A stretch of DNA of 64,000 nucleotides from Candidatus Undinarchaeota archaeon (GCA_964519305.1 CAZFHY010000001.1:474132-538131), one strand, 5' to 3'. Numbered from the stretch's first letter, positions 52,309 to 62,818 are shown. Notes: a model not told the origin generated them from the letters alone. Program-made: numbers and translations.

Positions 52309-53748
52309 TTATCCGGAGGACGCCTGAGCCCGGTTCAGTTCCTCGGCAGAGATCATGTCCCGGTTCTCGAAGAGCGTCACTGCATCGTACTTTCCGTAGT
52401 GGAGGACAGGTGCCCGTAACACGTATCCATCCATCACGTACTTCCGGAAAGCAGGATCGTTCCCAATACCGGAAAAATGGAGTTCGTTTTCCCCGTCAGG
52501 TTGCGGTGTGCGTTTGGCCACGAGCACGATGTAACGTGTACGATGCACTGAGACCGCCTCGATAAGGCGCTCGGGAGCCAGTACACCACTAGTGACACGG
52601 ACGTAGTTGGAATCGAGTTCATTACCACTTATCTCAAGACCTGACAAGAACGCGAGCGTTGGAGCAGCAATAGCATGCCCGAACACACGTTCGTCTGGAT
52701 TCGAATGCGTGCTGACGTATTGCGAGTACTTCAAGAGGGCAAGTCCAAAGGGGTGACCGGTGCGTGCCGCCGAATAATGGGGCGCGTTCCAGAAAAAGGC
52801 CGCGACGAGCACGGCCACGATTATGACCCCAGCACTCTTTCCCCAGGAGCTCCACCGATCCAGTGTCCCCCCTGCGAACACGGAAAGAGGGACGAGCGGG
52901 AATATCAAGTACTGGAGGAATATACGCTTCTGGATGAGGATTAGAAAGGTGACGAGGGTAAAGAAGGCAGGGAAGGCCAGTGGTCGGTCCCGCCCACGCT
53001 CGATAAGAGAAGGAATGGCCGCTATGACGATCAGTGCTTCTGTAATAAGGAAGTTCTTGAGCACGCGAGCGCGGACTTCAAGATGGAAGGGCTCCTTCTG
53101 CATGTGGAAGAGCACAATCTGCTCAACCATCTGGTGAGGGCCGGCGATATACGCGAGCGCGCACCCGACAGGGACCGTAACTACCAGGAAAGCAAGAAGG
53201 AACTTTTTAACAGCTCCCCTCCGCCCCCACAGGTCGAAGAGGATGACAGGAAGGGTCACAACTGTGAAGAGCTTGGTGAGCACAGCGATCCCGCAAAGGA
53301 CCCCAGCAGGAATCGGTCGCCGGGCATAATGTCGTTCTAGGGCCGCCATCGCGAACAACAGAGCAAGGACGTTCCCATCGGTCTGTCCAGACATCAAGAA
53401 GCCTTGTGAACTGAGGAGCAGGACGCAGGAGATCAGCGCAGCACGGTCATTATAGTATCGGCGAGCTAGACGAAAGCAGACAGCTAGGAGCGACACGTTC
53501 ACGACCATAGCGATTGCTGTCCCGGCCATATACGTCGTCCCCAGGAACATGAAGACGGACGTGATGATGACGAGCATGACGGGCGGGTGTGCGAAGAAGA
53601 AATCCCTGTACGGTACACTTCCCCGGAGAGTGTCCCGGGCCATGAGGAAGTAGATGTTCTCATCGCTCGGCCGGGGGATGGTCGTAGGAGCATTGATCCA
53701 AGCACAGATGAGGAGCAGGATGATGAGGACCTTGGTAATGTTGTTCAT
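52309..53748 (-). CDS. GT-C (ArnT/PMT-like) glycosyltransferase, paralog 1
   Basis: DENIYFLM, VPYRDFFFAHPP, QTDGN, LTKLF, ~10 TMs, C-terminal soluble domain; start moved to MNNITK by alignment with paralogs. Confidence 0.85.
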   Translation of the reverse strand: MNNITKVLIILLLICAWINAPTTIPRPSDENIYFLMARDTLRGSVPYRDFFFAHPPVMLVIITSVFMFLGTTYMAGTAIAMVVNVSLLAVCFRLARRYYNDRAALISCVLLLSSQGFLMSGQTDGNVLALLFAMAALERHYARRPIPAGVLCGIAVLTKLFTVVTLPVILFDLWGRRGAVKKFLLAFLVVTVPVGCALAYIAGPHQMVEQIVLFHMQKEPFHLEVRARVLKNFLITEALIVIAAIPSLIERGRDRPLAFPAFFTLVTFLILIQKRIFLQYLIFPLVPLSVFAGGTLDRWSSWGKSAGVIIVAVLVAAFFWNAPHYSAARTGHPFGLALLKYSQYVSTHSNPDERVFGHAIAAPTLAFLSGLEISGNELDSNYVRVTSGVLAPERLIEAVSVHRTRYIVLVAKRTPQPDGENELHFSGIGNDPAFRKYVMDGYVLRAPVLHYGKYDAVTLFENRDMISAEELNRAQASSG

Positions 53749-55088
53749 GTCCGCGACAAGGGATGCGGGGGTCATTAAATCTTTATGGGGCAGAAGCCGC
53801 GACTCACCTTGTACCCATGTTGTCAAAGAGGACGATGGACTGCTCTCCGGTCCACCGTATGACCGGCGTCCGCAGCGTCCATCCATCATATACTGGCGGA
53901 AAATCGTATCGTTGGCCAATCCCGAGAACGTAAAATCCGTTCATTTCCCGGATTCAGCTCGAATCCCTTTAAGATGAACATCGAGTAAAGGTATCGGATT
54001 GACTCTTATTCTGAAGAGGCCTCGGCCCGGCTCAGTTCCTCCGGGGAGATCATATCACGGTTCTCGAAGAGCGCCACTACGTCATACTTACCATAGTGAA
54101 GAACAGGCGCCCGTAGAATGTATCTCCCGAGCACATGATCCCGAAATGTGGGATCATTACCTATACCGGGAAAGCGTAACTCATGATTCCCGTCAGCTTT
54201 TGGGATGCGCTTGGCCACGAGCACGATATAACGCGTTCGATGGATTGAGACTGCTTCGATGAGACGCTCAGGTGTCATAACTCCGCTCTTAATACGTAGA
54301 TAGTTGGAATCCAGTTCATTGCCACTTATCTCAAGATCTGACAGGAACGCTAGCGTTGGAGCGGCAATCGCATGCCCGAATACGCGTTCGTCAGGATTCG
54401 AATGTGACCTGACATATCGTGAGTATTCAAGAAGGACGTGTCCGAAAGGATGATTGGTACGGGCAGCCAAGTGATATGGAGCAGTCCAGATGAACGACGC
54501 GACGAGTAAGACTATGATAAGGGCCTCGGTTCTCTTTCCCCGGTAACTCCACCTATTGAAAGTACCACCTGCTAACAAGGCAAGCGGAACGAGCGGGTAA
54601 ATTAGGTACTGGGGTAAAATACGCTTCTGGACGAGGATGAGCAGTGAGACCAGTGTGAGGAAGGCAGGAATCGCCATGGGGCGCCCCTTCTTCCTTTCGA
54701 TTAGCGACGGGATTGCTGCCAGTACGATCAGGGCGTTGTAACTAAGGAATTCCCTGAGCACGCGAGCGCGGACTTCAAGAGGGAAGGGCTCCTTCTGCAT
54801 GTGGAAGAGCACCATCTGCTCAACCACCTGGTGAGGGCCGGCGATATACGCGAGCGCGCACCCGACAGGGACCGTAACTACCAGGAAAGCAAGAAGGAAC
54901 TTTTTAACAGCTCCCCTCCGCCCCCACAGGTCGAAGAGGATGACAGGAAGGGTCACAACTGTGAAGAGCTTGGTGAGCACAGCGATCCCGCAAAGGACCC
55001 CAGCAGGAATCGGTCGCCGGGCATAATGTCGTTCTAGGGCCGCCATCGCGAACAACAGAGCAAGGACGTTCCCATCGGTCTGTCCAGA
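53131..55088. repeat. 261-bp perfect direct repeat (53131-53391 = 54828-55088) inside paralogs 1 and 2
   Basis: Base-by-base comparison; offset 1697; extends to 53058/54755 with 3 mismatches. Confidence 0.92.
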
Positions 55089-55445
55089 AATCAGGAAGCC
55101 ATGTGATCCGAGGAGCAGGGCACAAGACATCAGCGCGGCACGTTCGTTGTAGTATCGACGGGCAAGGCGGAAGAAGACGGCTAGGAACGACACGTTCACG
55201 ATCATGGCCACGGCGGTCCCAGTTAACCACGTAGTCCCCAGGAACATGAAGAAGGTGGTGATTATAATGAGCATCACGGGCGGATGGGCGAAGAAGAAGT
55301 CCTGGTAGGGTACGCTCCCCCGGAGCGTGTCCCGGGACATGAGAAAGTAGATGTTCTCGTCACTCGGGCGGGGGATTGAGGTGGGAGCATTGATCCAGGC
55401 ACAGATGACGAGGAGAAGGATGAGGAGCTTGGATGTGTTGTTCAT
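54006..55445 (-). CDS. GT-C glycosyltransferase, paralog 2
   Basis: Same motifs (DENIYFLM, VPYQDFFFAHPP, QTDGN). Confidence 0.85.
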   Translation of the reverse strand: MNNTSKLLILLLVICAWINAPTSIPRPSDENIYFLMSRDTLRGSVPYQDFFFAHPPVMLIIITTFFMFLGTTWLTGTAVAMIVNVSFLAVFFRLARRYYNERAALMSCALLLGSHGFLISGQTDGNVLALLFAMAALERHYARRPIPAGVLCGIAVLTKLFTVVTLPVILFDLWGRRGAVKKFLLAFLVVTVPVGCALAYIAGPHQVVEQMVLFHMQKEPFPLEVRARVLREFLSYNALIVLAAIPSLIERKKGRPMAIPAFLTLVSLLILVQKRILPQYLIYPLVPLALLAGGTFNRWSYRGKRTEALIIVLLVASFIWTAPYHLAARTNHPFGHVLLEYSRYVRSHSNPDERVFGHAIAAPTLAFLSDLEISGNELDSNYLRIKSGVMTPERLIEAVSIHRTRYIVLVAKRIPKADGNHELRFPGIGNDPTFRDHVLGRYILRAPVLHYGKYDVVALFENRDMISPEELSRAEASSE

Positions 55446-55504
55446 CTCCGTATCAAGGGATGTGGAGGGGAGTTAAATCTTTTTGGGGGTCGGGTAGGTC
55501 CGGT

Positions 55505-56911
55505 CTATCCGGCACCCACGTTCTCAAAGAGAACAATGGATCGCCCTTCCGTCCATCGAAGAACTGGTGCTCGTAGGGTCCATCCGTTCATCATGTACCG
55601 GGTGAACACCGGGTTGTTCCCCAGACCTGAGAACGTGTAATCCATCCCGTCCGCATTACCCTGACGTTCCCCAACAAATACGATGAATCGGGGACGGTCT
55701 GTCTTTATCCGTTCAACGAACTCCGCTACGTCCAGTTGCCCGCTCGTGATACGAGCGTAGTTCAGGTCGAGCACATCGGCGCTCATCCGTCGGTCGGCGA
55801 GGAACGCCAGGGTAGGGGCCGCTACCGCGTGACCGAGCACCGTGTCCTCAGGTGATGAGGTCGTGGCCACCGTCCATGCCATGAAGAGTAGAGCCCGACC
55901 AAAGGGTGTATCCGTCCTTGAAGAGAGGTTGTCTGCGACGGACCAGATCAGGTTCCCTGCAAGGACAAGGACTATGAGGACAGCGAAAGTACGGTCACGT
56001 GAGAACGCTCTATCGAGCGTCCCTCCTGCGAACACGGTCAGGAAGAAGAGGGGATATATCATGTATTGGATGTAGATGCGCTTCTGGGCGATTATCAATA
56101 TGGTTGCGAGAACGAGCAGGCTGAAAATCGTACGGTTGCATGACCTGGAGGTTTTGCAGATAGCTGGGATAGCCGCGATTACAGCAAGTGCGTTCAGGGA
56201 TAGGAACCGTACGATCACAGAGGTCCTTGCTTGTATCGAGTGTGGGTCCTTGGCGAGATGATAGAGCACAACGGGATTGACCACCCTTTCAACTCCCGAG
56301 ATTGCACAGAACGTGCCCATGACGACAGTCAGCACTGCCGTCAGTGTGATAAGGAAGCGCCGGGTGTCGCCATTTCCCCCGGACTCGCGGAGCAGGTCGA
56401 ACAGGATTACTGGGAGGACCACGACAGCAAAGAACTTGGTGACAACCGCGAACCCGCAGAGAATACCAGCCGTTGCGGGCCAACGCCTATAATAGGCAAT
56501 CAACGCCGAAACGACGAACAGGAGCGAGAGGGCGTTCCCGTCCGTCTGTGCGGACATCAGGAAGCCCTGAGAACCAAGGAGGAGCACACAGGACAACAAT
56601 GCTGGACGTTCACCGATGAGACGACGCGTGAGGGCGAAACAGCCTATCAAGAGACCAAGTGATACCATTGTAGCCACAAATGTACCCACCTGCCACGTAG
56701 TACCTGCTGCAGCGAAGGTCGCTGTGAGAAGGATGAGCATCACGGGCGGATGGGCGAAGAAGAAATCCCGATAGGGTACGAGCCCACGCCCCACATCCCT
56801 TGCCATGAGGAAATAGATATTCTCGTCATGGGGTCGTGGGACGGATGTGGGTGCGTTCACTAAGGCACAGACGATAAGAAGCGCGATCAGGAGCCTCGTT
56901 GGAGTTCCCAT
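55505..56911 (-). CDS. GT-C glycosyltransferase, paralog 3
   Basis: DENIYFLM, VPYRDFFFAHPP, QTDGN. Confidence 0.85.
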   Translation of the reverse strand: MGTPTRLLIALLIVCALVNAPTSVPRPHDENIYFLMARDVGRGLVPYRDFFFAHPPVMLILLTATFAAAGTTWQVGTFVATMVSLGLLIGCFALTRRLIGERPALLSCVLLLGSQGFLMSAQTDGNALSLLFVVSALIAYYRRWPATAGILCGFAVVTKFFAVVVLPVILFDLLRESGGNGDTRRFLITLTAVLTVVMGTFCAISGVERVVNPVVLYHLAKDPHSIQARTSVIVRFLSLNALAVIAAIPAICKTSRSCNRTIFSLLVLATILIIAQKRIYIQYMIYPLFFLTVFAGGTLDRAFSRDRTFAVLIVLVLAGNLIWSVADNLSSRTDTPFGRALLFMAWTVATTSSPEDTVLGHAVAAPTLAFLADRRMSADVLDLNYARITSGQLDVAEFVERIKTDRPRFIVFVGERQGNADGMDYTFSGLGNNPVFTRYMMNGWTLRAPVLRWTEGRSIVLFENVGAG

Positions 56912-56962
56912 GTCCGTGGTGAAGGGTGGCGCTGGTGAGTTAAATCTTTATTGCGCCCCGGC

Positions 56963-58378
56963 TCAGGCCGGACCCGAACCGGCCCTCCGCTCAAGGAGAA
57001 GAAGGACGTCGTATTGACCAAGCGGGCGTTCTAACACTCCCACGTAGTGCTCGAGGGCGAACTGTCGGAAGTCCTCGTCCAACGCAATCCCAGCAAAGGA
57101 GTAGCGAGGACGGCCTTCCATCGGTATCCGGCTGGCCTTTAGCACGAGGTAGCTCGCTCGGTCGGCCTCGATGGCCTGTATAAGCTCGTCACCACTGAGG
57201 ATACCGCTAGCTATCCGTTCATAGTTCGTGTCAATCACGTCACCGCTCATCCGACGGTCGGCGAGGAAAGCAATTGCAGTGGTCGCCGTACTATGCCCTG
57301 ATATGCTCTCGTCCGGGCCTGTGGACTCGCGCACCTCTCGGGCTATATCGAGTATGGCACGCGAATACACCGGCTGGCCCTGTCTGGCCAGATGGTAACC
57401 GAGCGACGACCATCCAATGCTCGCGATAAGGACCACGATGACGATCGTCCGGAGCGCTCCTCCCCGTTCCACGACCGATCCAAGAAGCCCGCCCCCCAGT
57501 GCGGTGCAAGCGAGGAGCGGGTAGATAAGATAGGGGTAAACAAGACGCTGCTGAACTAGCACCAGCACAGTGGCCAGGATGAGAAAGGCAACCAAGGTGC
57601 GCGGCCGGTCAGGAAGTCTCCAGAGGGCGACAGCTCCCGCGACCACCGCGAGGGTGTTCGTACCGAGGAACGTCGCCAGGACCGCTGCGCGGGCATCGAA
57701 CGTGAAGGGCTCTTTATGGAGGTGATAGAAAACAACGGAATCGAGCACGGGACCGTACCCGGCAATGGTCGCGAACGCCAGTGACACGGGGATCACCACT
57801 GCAGCGATACCAAGGACGAACATCTGAGCGTCACGTCGCCTTCCAGGTGAGAGATACAGATCTATCAGTATCGCTGGCAAGGCGACCACCGCGAAGAGCT
57901 TGGTCAGCACTGCAGTACCACACAGAGCACCGGCCGTGAACGGCCGTTTCGCCATGTGCCGCTCTAGAGCGAGCACACAGAATAGCAGGGAAAGGGCGTT
58001 CCCATCGGTCTGCCCAACCTCCAGAAGTGCCCTGGAGCCGAGGAGGAGGGCTGTCGCAAGGAGTGCACCATTCTCCCCGAAGCTCCGGCGGGTCAAATGG
58101 AAACAGCCGAGAAGGAGGCCGACGTTCACCGCGGTAGCGACAAGGGTCCCTGCCCACCACGTGGTGCCCAGTATCATGAACGTGCCTGCGAGCACGTAGA
58201 GCATTACTGGCGGATGGGCGAAGAAGAAGTCCCGGTATGGTACGGAGCCACGGAGCACCTCCCGCCCCATGAAGAAGTAGATGTTCTCGTCACGGGGAAG
58301 AGGGACCGATGAGGGTGCGGCCGCTACTGCACACAGGACGAGCATCGCGAGGAGGAGGAGCTTGGAGATAGTATCCAT
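56963..58378 (-). CDS. GT-C glycosyltransferase, paralog 4
   Basis: DENIYFFM, VPYRDFFFAHPP, QTDGN. Confidence 0.85.
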   Translation of the reverse strand: MDTISKLLLLAMLVLCAVAAAPSSVPLPRDENIYFFMGREVLRGSVPYRDFFFAHPPVMLYVLAGTFMILGTTWWAGTLVATAVNVGLLLGCFHLTRRSFGENGALLATALLLGSRALLEVGQTDGNALSLLFCVLALERHMAKRPFTAGALCGTAVLTKLFAVVALPAILIDLYLSPGRRRDAQMFVLGIAAVVIPVSLAFATIAGYGPVLDSVVFYHLHKEPFTFDARAAVLATFLGTNTLAVVAGAVALWRLPDRPRTLVAFLILATVLVLVQQRLVYPYLIYPLLACTALGGGLLGSVVERGGALRTIVIVVLIASIGWSSLGYHLARQGQPVYSRAILDIAREVRESTGPDESISGHSTATTAIAFLADRRMSGDVIDTNYERIASGILSGDELIQAIEADRASYLVLKASRIPMEGRPRYSFAGIALDEDFRQFALEHYVGVLERPLGQYDVLLLLERRAGSGPA

Positions 58379-58440
58379 GTCCGTTGGTAGTGTTGTTGGG
58401 CTGATTCAATAAATGTTTGCCGGAGTGTACCTAATGCCCC

Positions 58441-59868
58441 CTACGATGCGGTCAGCGGGGGAACACCACGACTACCGCGGTCACGAGGCTCGAGGAGGAC
58501 GAGGATGCCCTCCGCGTCCGTGGGACGGACATCGATCGTACGCCATCGTTCCTGCACGGATGCAGCGAAGTCGGGATCGCCCCCAATTCCTGGGATGAAG
58601 AAGTCGTCGCCCTGAGCGGAACGTCGTCCCTTGAGCACAAGGTAGCGTGTCCGATCATCTTCGATGGCACCCACCAGGTCAGAACCGCCCATCATACCGC
58701 TCGTGATACGGGCATAGAATACGTCCATTACGTTCGAGCTCATGCTCCGGTCTGCGAGGAAGGCGACGGTGGCGGCAGCTACGCTATGTCCGAACACTGT
58801 ATCCTTGGGCGTCGTCGTTTCCCGGACACGATTCGCAAAGACGGTAACTGCATCACCGAACTGGCTGGACGCGAAACGGGCCCATTGCCACTGGACCGTC
58901 CAGACGAGATTGAGGCAGAGGACGAGCACTAACACTACCGCAGCAAGGTCCCCACGTTCTGTCACCTCATCCAGGGCGCGGCCTGCAAGTACAGTAAGTA
59001 GGGCGAGCGGGTACACAAGGTACTGGATGAGGATGTTCTTCTGGACGAGGATGAAGAGGGAAAGGAGCAGGAACAGTAGCATGACCGGCCCCGGACGGGT
59101 GCGACCGTGGAGCCGGATGGCCGCTAATCCCGCCACGATCGCTAGCGGGTGGGCTGAAAGGAAGCCGACGATCACACCGATACGCTCGTTCAACGGGATC
59201 GGTTCCTTTTGTAGATGGTAGATGACCACCGGCCCGGTCACAGCGTCCATCCCCGATAGGTGGACGAAGAGCAGTGTCACCGGCAGGGTTACGGCCACGA
59301 ACGTCGCGATAAAACGAGCGACAGGACGTCTGCCGCGACCGGTCGCGAGCAGGTCGAACAGGATGACCGGGACGGCCATTACAGCGAAGAGCTTGGTAAG
59401 CACAGCCACCCCGCAGAGCAGCCCCGCAGAGAGGTGTTTTCGGCCCAAATGGCGTTCAAGGGCAAGGACCATGAACAGCAGCGAAAGCGCGTTCCCATCG
59501 GTCTGAGCGGCGAACATGAAGCTCCGTGAGCCGAGCAGGAGTGCGCTCGCGAGCACCGCTGCACGCGGCCTGTGGAGACGGGCACACAACCGATAGCATC
59601 CTATCAGGAGCCCGAGGTTCACCAGTGCGGCCACCAGTGTCCCCGCCCGCCACGTCGTGCCAAGGAGCATGAAGGAGCTGGCGAGCACATAGAGCATGGC
59701 CGGCGGATGGGCGAAGAAGAAGTCCCGGTACGGCACTGATCCACGGAGGACCTCCCGGGCCATGAGGAAGTACACGTTCTCGTCCCCAGCGAGCCGGACG
59801 TCCATAGGGGGATTCACTACTAAGTAAATGACGAGGATGACGATGAGGAGGGTCTGGGCCCGGTCCAT
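58441..59868 (-). CDS. GT-C glycosyltransferase, paralog 5
   Basis: DENVYFLM, VPYRDFFFAHPP, QTDGN; start moved to MDRAQ (ATG 59868). Confidence 0.85.
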   Translation of the reverse strand: MDRAQTLLIVILVIYLVVNPPMDVRLAGDENVYFLMAREVLRGSVPYRDFFFAHPPAMLYVLASSFMLLGTTWRAGTLVAALVNLGLLIGCYRLCARLHRPRAAVLASALLLGSRSFMFAAQTDGNALSLLFMVLALERHLGRKHLSAGLLCGVAVLTKLFAVMAVPVILFDLLATGRGRRPVARFIATFVAVTLPVTLLFVHLSGMDAVTGPVVIYHLQKEPIPLNERIGVIVGFLSAHPLAIVAGLAAIRLHGRTRPGPVMLLFLLLSLFILVQKNILIQYLVYPLALLTVLAGRALDEVTERGDLAAVVLVLVLCLNLVWTVQWQWARFASSQFGDAVTVFANRVRETTTPKDTVFGHSVAAATVAFLADRSMSSNVMDVFYARITSGMMGGSDLVGAIEDDRTRYLVLKGRRSAQGDDFFIPGIGGDPDFAASVQERWRTIDVRPTDAEGILVLLEPRDRGSRGVPPLTAS

Positions 59869-59928
59869 GTCCGCTCCTTCCCTCCACGGACCAGAGTAAT
59901 ATATAATTACCCGCATTGGCCCTTCTCG

Positions 59929-61326
59929 ATGACGGGTGTAGACGAGCGTGCTTTCGTTGTTGGCATTCTTGTCGCACTCGGCCTTCTGACGACCAGCTTC
60001 CTGTTCACGAACGAGGCGCCACGGTTCAGCCTTGCCCTTGCCCTCGGGATCAGGGGTGAGGTCACTATCGACAGGTACCTTTCGCAGGTCATCCACCCCA
60101 CCTTCCAGCCCATCGATTTCGCGGTCAAGGACGGACGGTACGTCAGCGATAAGGGACCACTCCAGTCCGTTCTCGCCGCTCCGCTGATGTGGCTCCTCTG
60201 GTGGGCGGACGTCCCCCTGATGACGGGTGTGTACCTCGCGACGCTCCTGCTCGCAGTGCTCCCCACTGCGCTCACGGCCCTGCTAATCTTCTGGTTCGGT
60301 CAACACGTTCACCGCACGGGGACTGTCTCGCCCGCGCTCCCGGCGCTCGTGTACGCCCTCGCGACCCATGCGTTCTTCTATGGGACCATGTTCTTTGCGT
60401 ACGCCCTTACAACGTTCCTCGCTTTCGCGAGCTTCTATCTGTTGTTCACCGCTGATCCTAAACAGGACCGGGTGAGAGCGATCGCTGCGGGCGTGCTGGG
60501 TGGGCTTGCTGCTACCAACGACTATCCGACCATACTCCTCATACCAGGCCTTCTCCTCTACTGTCGTATGAAAGCCCCCCGGCTCGTGCCCGTATTCCTC
60601 GTGGGTGCGTTGGCGGCCCTATCCCTTCTTCCCATCTACCATTACACGCTCTTCAGTGAGTTCTCCCCCCCACATAAGTACCATAACATGAGAGATACCC
60701 ACCAACAGGGATTGTTCTTGGGCGTGGGCACCTTCACTCCCGAGGCGTTCCCCGGGACCACTGTTGGTCCCTCACGAGGTCTTTTCGTCATCTCCCCTGT
60801 GCTCGTAGTCGCTGTCGTGCTCCTCAGACGGCTCCACAGACAACATCCTGCTGAGGCCGTCCTTGTCGTTGCAGTCGTACTGGTCCTCTTCCTGTTCCAG
60901 ACCTCCTTCATCGACTGGAAGGGCGGTAACTCCTTCGGCCCTCGCTACCTCGTACCCGCCATTCCTTTCCTCGTACTCCCGCTCCTCACACTTCACCGTA
61001 ATGGCCCCCTCTGGCCGGTGTTCCTTTCCCTCCTGATCGTCTCGTTCCTGATCAACCTGGTGTGCGCAGCGTCCTACCTACCAAAGACCAAGGACAGGTA
61101 TCCTGTAGAGGGCGCGTTCCTCCGCTGGACCACTGGGACACAGGTATTCAAGCTGATCATTGAGACAGGTGAGCCCTATGAGGACGTTACCCTACGACCC
61201 AAGGTACATCCGTTCCTCTACTGGGCGGATCTCGACGATAACGAAGCGCTCGTGCGGCTCCCTACCCTTCTATCTGGTCTTATCGGGATCGTGCTGTTCC
61301 GCCGCGCCATGAACTGTAAAGACTAG
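59929..61326 (+). CDS. Polytopic membrane protein, probable second GT-C family
   Basis: NEAPRF, D..KDGRYVSDKGP, FFYGTMFF, GLFVISP, WKGGNSFGPRYLVP; ~11 TMs; divergent from paralog 5 across GTAATATATAATTAC. Confidence 0.7.
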   Translation: MTGVDERAFVVGILVALGLLTTSFLFTNEAPRFSLALALGIRGEVTIDRYLSQVIHPTFQPIDFAVKDGRYVSDKGPLQSVLAAPLMWLLWWADVPLMTGVYLATLLLAVLPTALTALLIFWFGQHVHRTGTVSPALPALVYALATHAFFYGTMFFAYALTTFLAFASFYLLFTADPKQDRVRAIAAGVLGGLAATNDYPTILLIPGLLLYCRMKAPRLVPVFLVGALAALSLLPIYHYTLFSEFSPPHKYHNMRDTHQQGLFLGVGTFTPEAFPGTTVGPSRGLFVISPVLVVAVVLLRRLHRQHPAEAVLVVAVVLVLFLFQTSFIDWKGGNSFGPRYLVPAIPFLVLPLLTLHRNGPLWPVFLSLLIVSFLINLVCAASYLPKTKDRYPVEGAFLRWTTGTQVFKLIIETGEPYEDVTLRPKVHPFLYWADLDDNEALVRLPTLLSGLIGIVLFRRAMNCKD

Positions 61327-61371
61327 CTCGCGGCCATCCTTTTAAAGGATGATATGCATTTGAGTGCCACC

Positions 61372-62121
61372 ATGAAAGCGGTCGGTGAGAAGGTGGTGAT
61401 GGTCGTCCCCGTGTACAACGAGAAGGAGAACATCGCTCCTTTCCTCCTCGACATGGAGAAGGTCGCATCATCATTCCCAGCTGCCTTTACCATCCTCTTC
61501 GTCGAGGGCGGTTCTTCCGACGGTACAGGGGATGCCGTGGACGAGGCGGCCGCTCGTCTCCCCGCCCTGGTCAGCGTGCTCCACGAGGAGAAGAAGGAGG
61601 GTCTCGGCGCGGCCTACCTCAAGGGATTCGCCCGGGCCCTGAAGGACCCTGACGCCGTCTATATAGGTGAGATGGACGTGGATGGCTCTCATGACCCCGA
61701 TGTGCTCCCAAAGCTCCTGAAAGCCGTTCAAGAGGGGTATGGGATGGCCTTGGGCTCACGGAGTGTAGATGGCGGAGGAACACCCGACTGGCCACTCCGA
61801 AGACGCATTATCAGCGGAGGAGCGAACCTTCTCGGACGGGCGGGCACGGCGTTCTCCATCGGTGACGTCACGACCGGTTATAGGCTCTACCGCCGGGAGG
61901 TGCTGGACGATATCGACCTCGGTGCCATCAGGACCCGTGGGTACGCGTTCCAGCTCGAGATGGTATCAGCCGTGCTCAATGCCGATTTCACCGTGGCCGA
62001 GGTGCCTCTGGTGTTCCACGACCGCGAACGAGGGGCCTCCAAGCTCCGCTCCGACGACATAATCGAGTACTTCCTCCTATCCATCCGACTCATGTTCCAA
62101 CGGATACTGGGCAGGAAGTGA
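61372..62121 (+). CDS. Polyprenol-phosphate mannose synthase-like GT2
   Basis: VPVYNEKENI, GLGAAYLKGF, MDVDGSHDP, GSR, DVTTGYRLYRR, GYAFQLE, RERGASK. Confidence 0.9.
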   Translation: MKAVGEKVVMVVPVYNEKENIAPFLLDMEKVASSFPAAFTILFVEGGSSDGTGDAVDEAAARLPALVSVLHEEKKEGLGAAYLKGFARALKDPDAVYIGEMDVDGSHDPDVLPKLLKAVQEGYGMALGSRSVDGGGTPDWPLRRRIISGGANLLGRAGTAFSIGDVTTGYRLYRREVLDDIDLGAIRTRGYAFQLEMVSAVLNADFTVAEVPLVFHDRERGASKLRSDDIIEYFLLSIRLMFQRILGRK

Positions 62122-62142
62122 AGAGCACGAACTTGTCGAGGC

Positions 62143-62811
62143 TCACCGCCGCCGCTGGAAACGTGGGCGCACTTCCCGTGCTACCTCTTCGATGTTCTCG
62201 TCGGGTGCCAGTTCCCGTCGAAGGAACACGCCTGTGCGACCGATGACGTCCCGCCGGACGAGCACTGACACACGTTCCTCGACGACCGCCAGGGGGATGT
62301 CGAGGGCACGGGCCACTTGGGACGGCCCGACCTCCTGTGCAGCCTCCTCCGTATGACCCTTGGACGTGGGCGTCACCAGAACGAGCCGCTTGTCCACGCC
62401 GGTAACACGTTTATCAGCGCGTAGCTCGGGGTGGTCAACTGCGCCGCCGAACCGGTGGAATCCCTCCTCCGCAGGTGTGGGATGCCACAGGGGGTGAGTG
62501 ACGGTGACCTCCGGGCCCAAGTGGTAGTGGGCCTTGGGAGTGAGCCAGGGCGTCGCGGCCACTACCTCACGCCCGATGACCTCTAGCCGCGATTCCACTT
62601 CGAGCGAAGGTATGGGGCGGGGGATGATTATGTCAATATCACTGCCCCGATGGACGTCGCCCCGGGCCACCGAGCCGTACACCTGCGGGGCCAGGTCCCC
62701 AAGCCGTTCCATGACGGCCAGTGCAACGCTCCGTTTCGACGCCAAGAGCTCCCAGTGCTCGGTATCGTAAACGACATCGGCGCGATGATGCTGGAGGACC
62801 TTCTCACGCAC
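62143..62811 (-). CDS. Predicted archaeal nucleotidyltransferase (COG2413-like)
   Basis: YGSVARGDV..SDID, ATP..TPKA, FGG, RVTGVDKRL, RRDVIGRTGVF. Confidence 0.85.
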   Translation of the reverse strand: MREKVLQHHRADVVYDTEHWELLASKRSVALAVMERLGDLAPQVYGSVARGDVHRGSDIDIIIPRPIPSLEVESRLEVIGREVVAATPWLTPKAHYHLGPEVTVTHPLWHPTPAEEGFHRFGGAVDHPELRADKRVTGVDKRLVLVTPTSKGHTEEAAQEVGPSQVARALDIPLAVVEERVSVLVRRDVIGRTGVFLRRELAPDENIEEVAREVRPRFQRRR

Positions 62812-62818
62812 CGGACCC

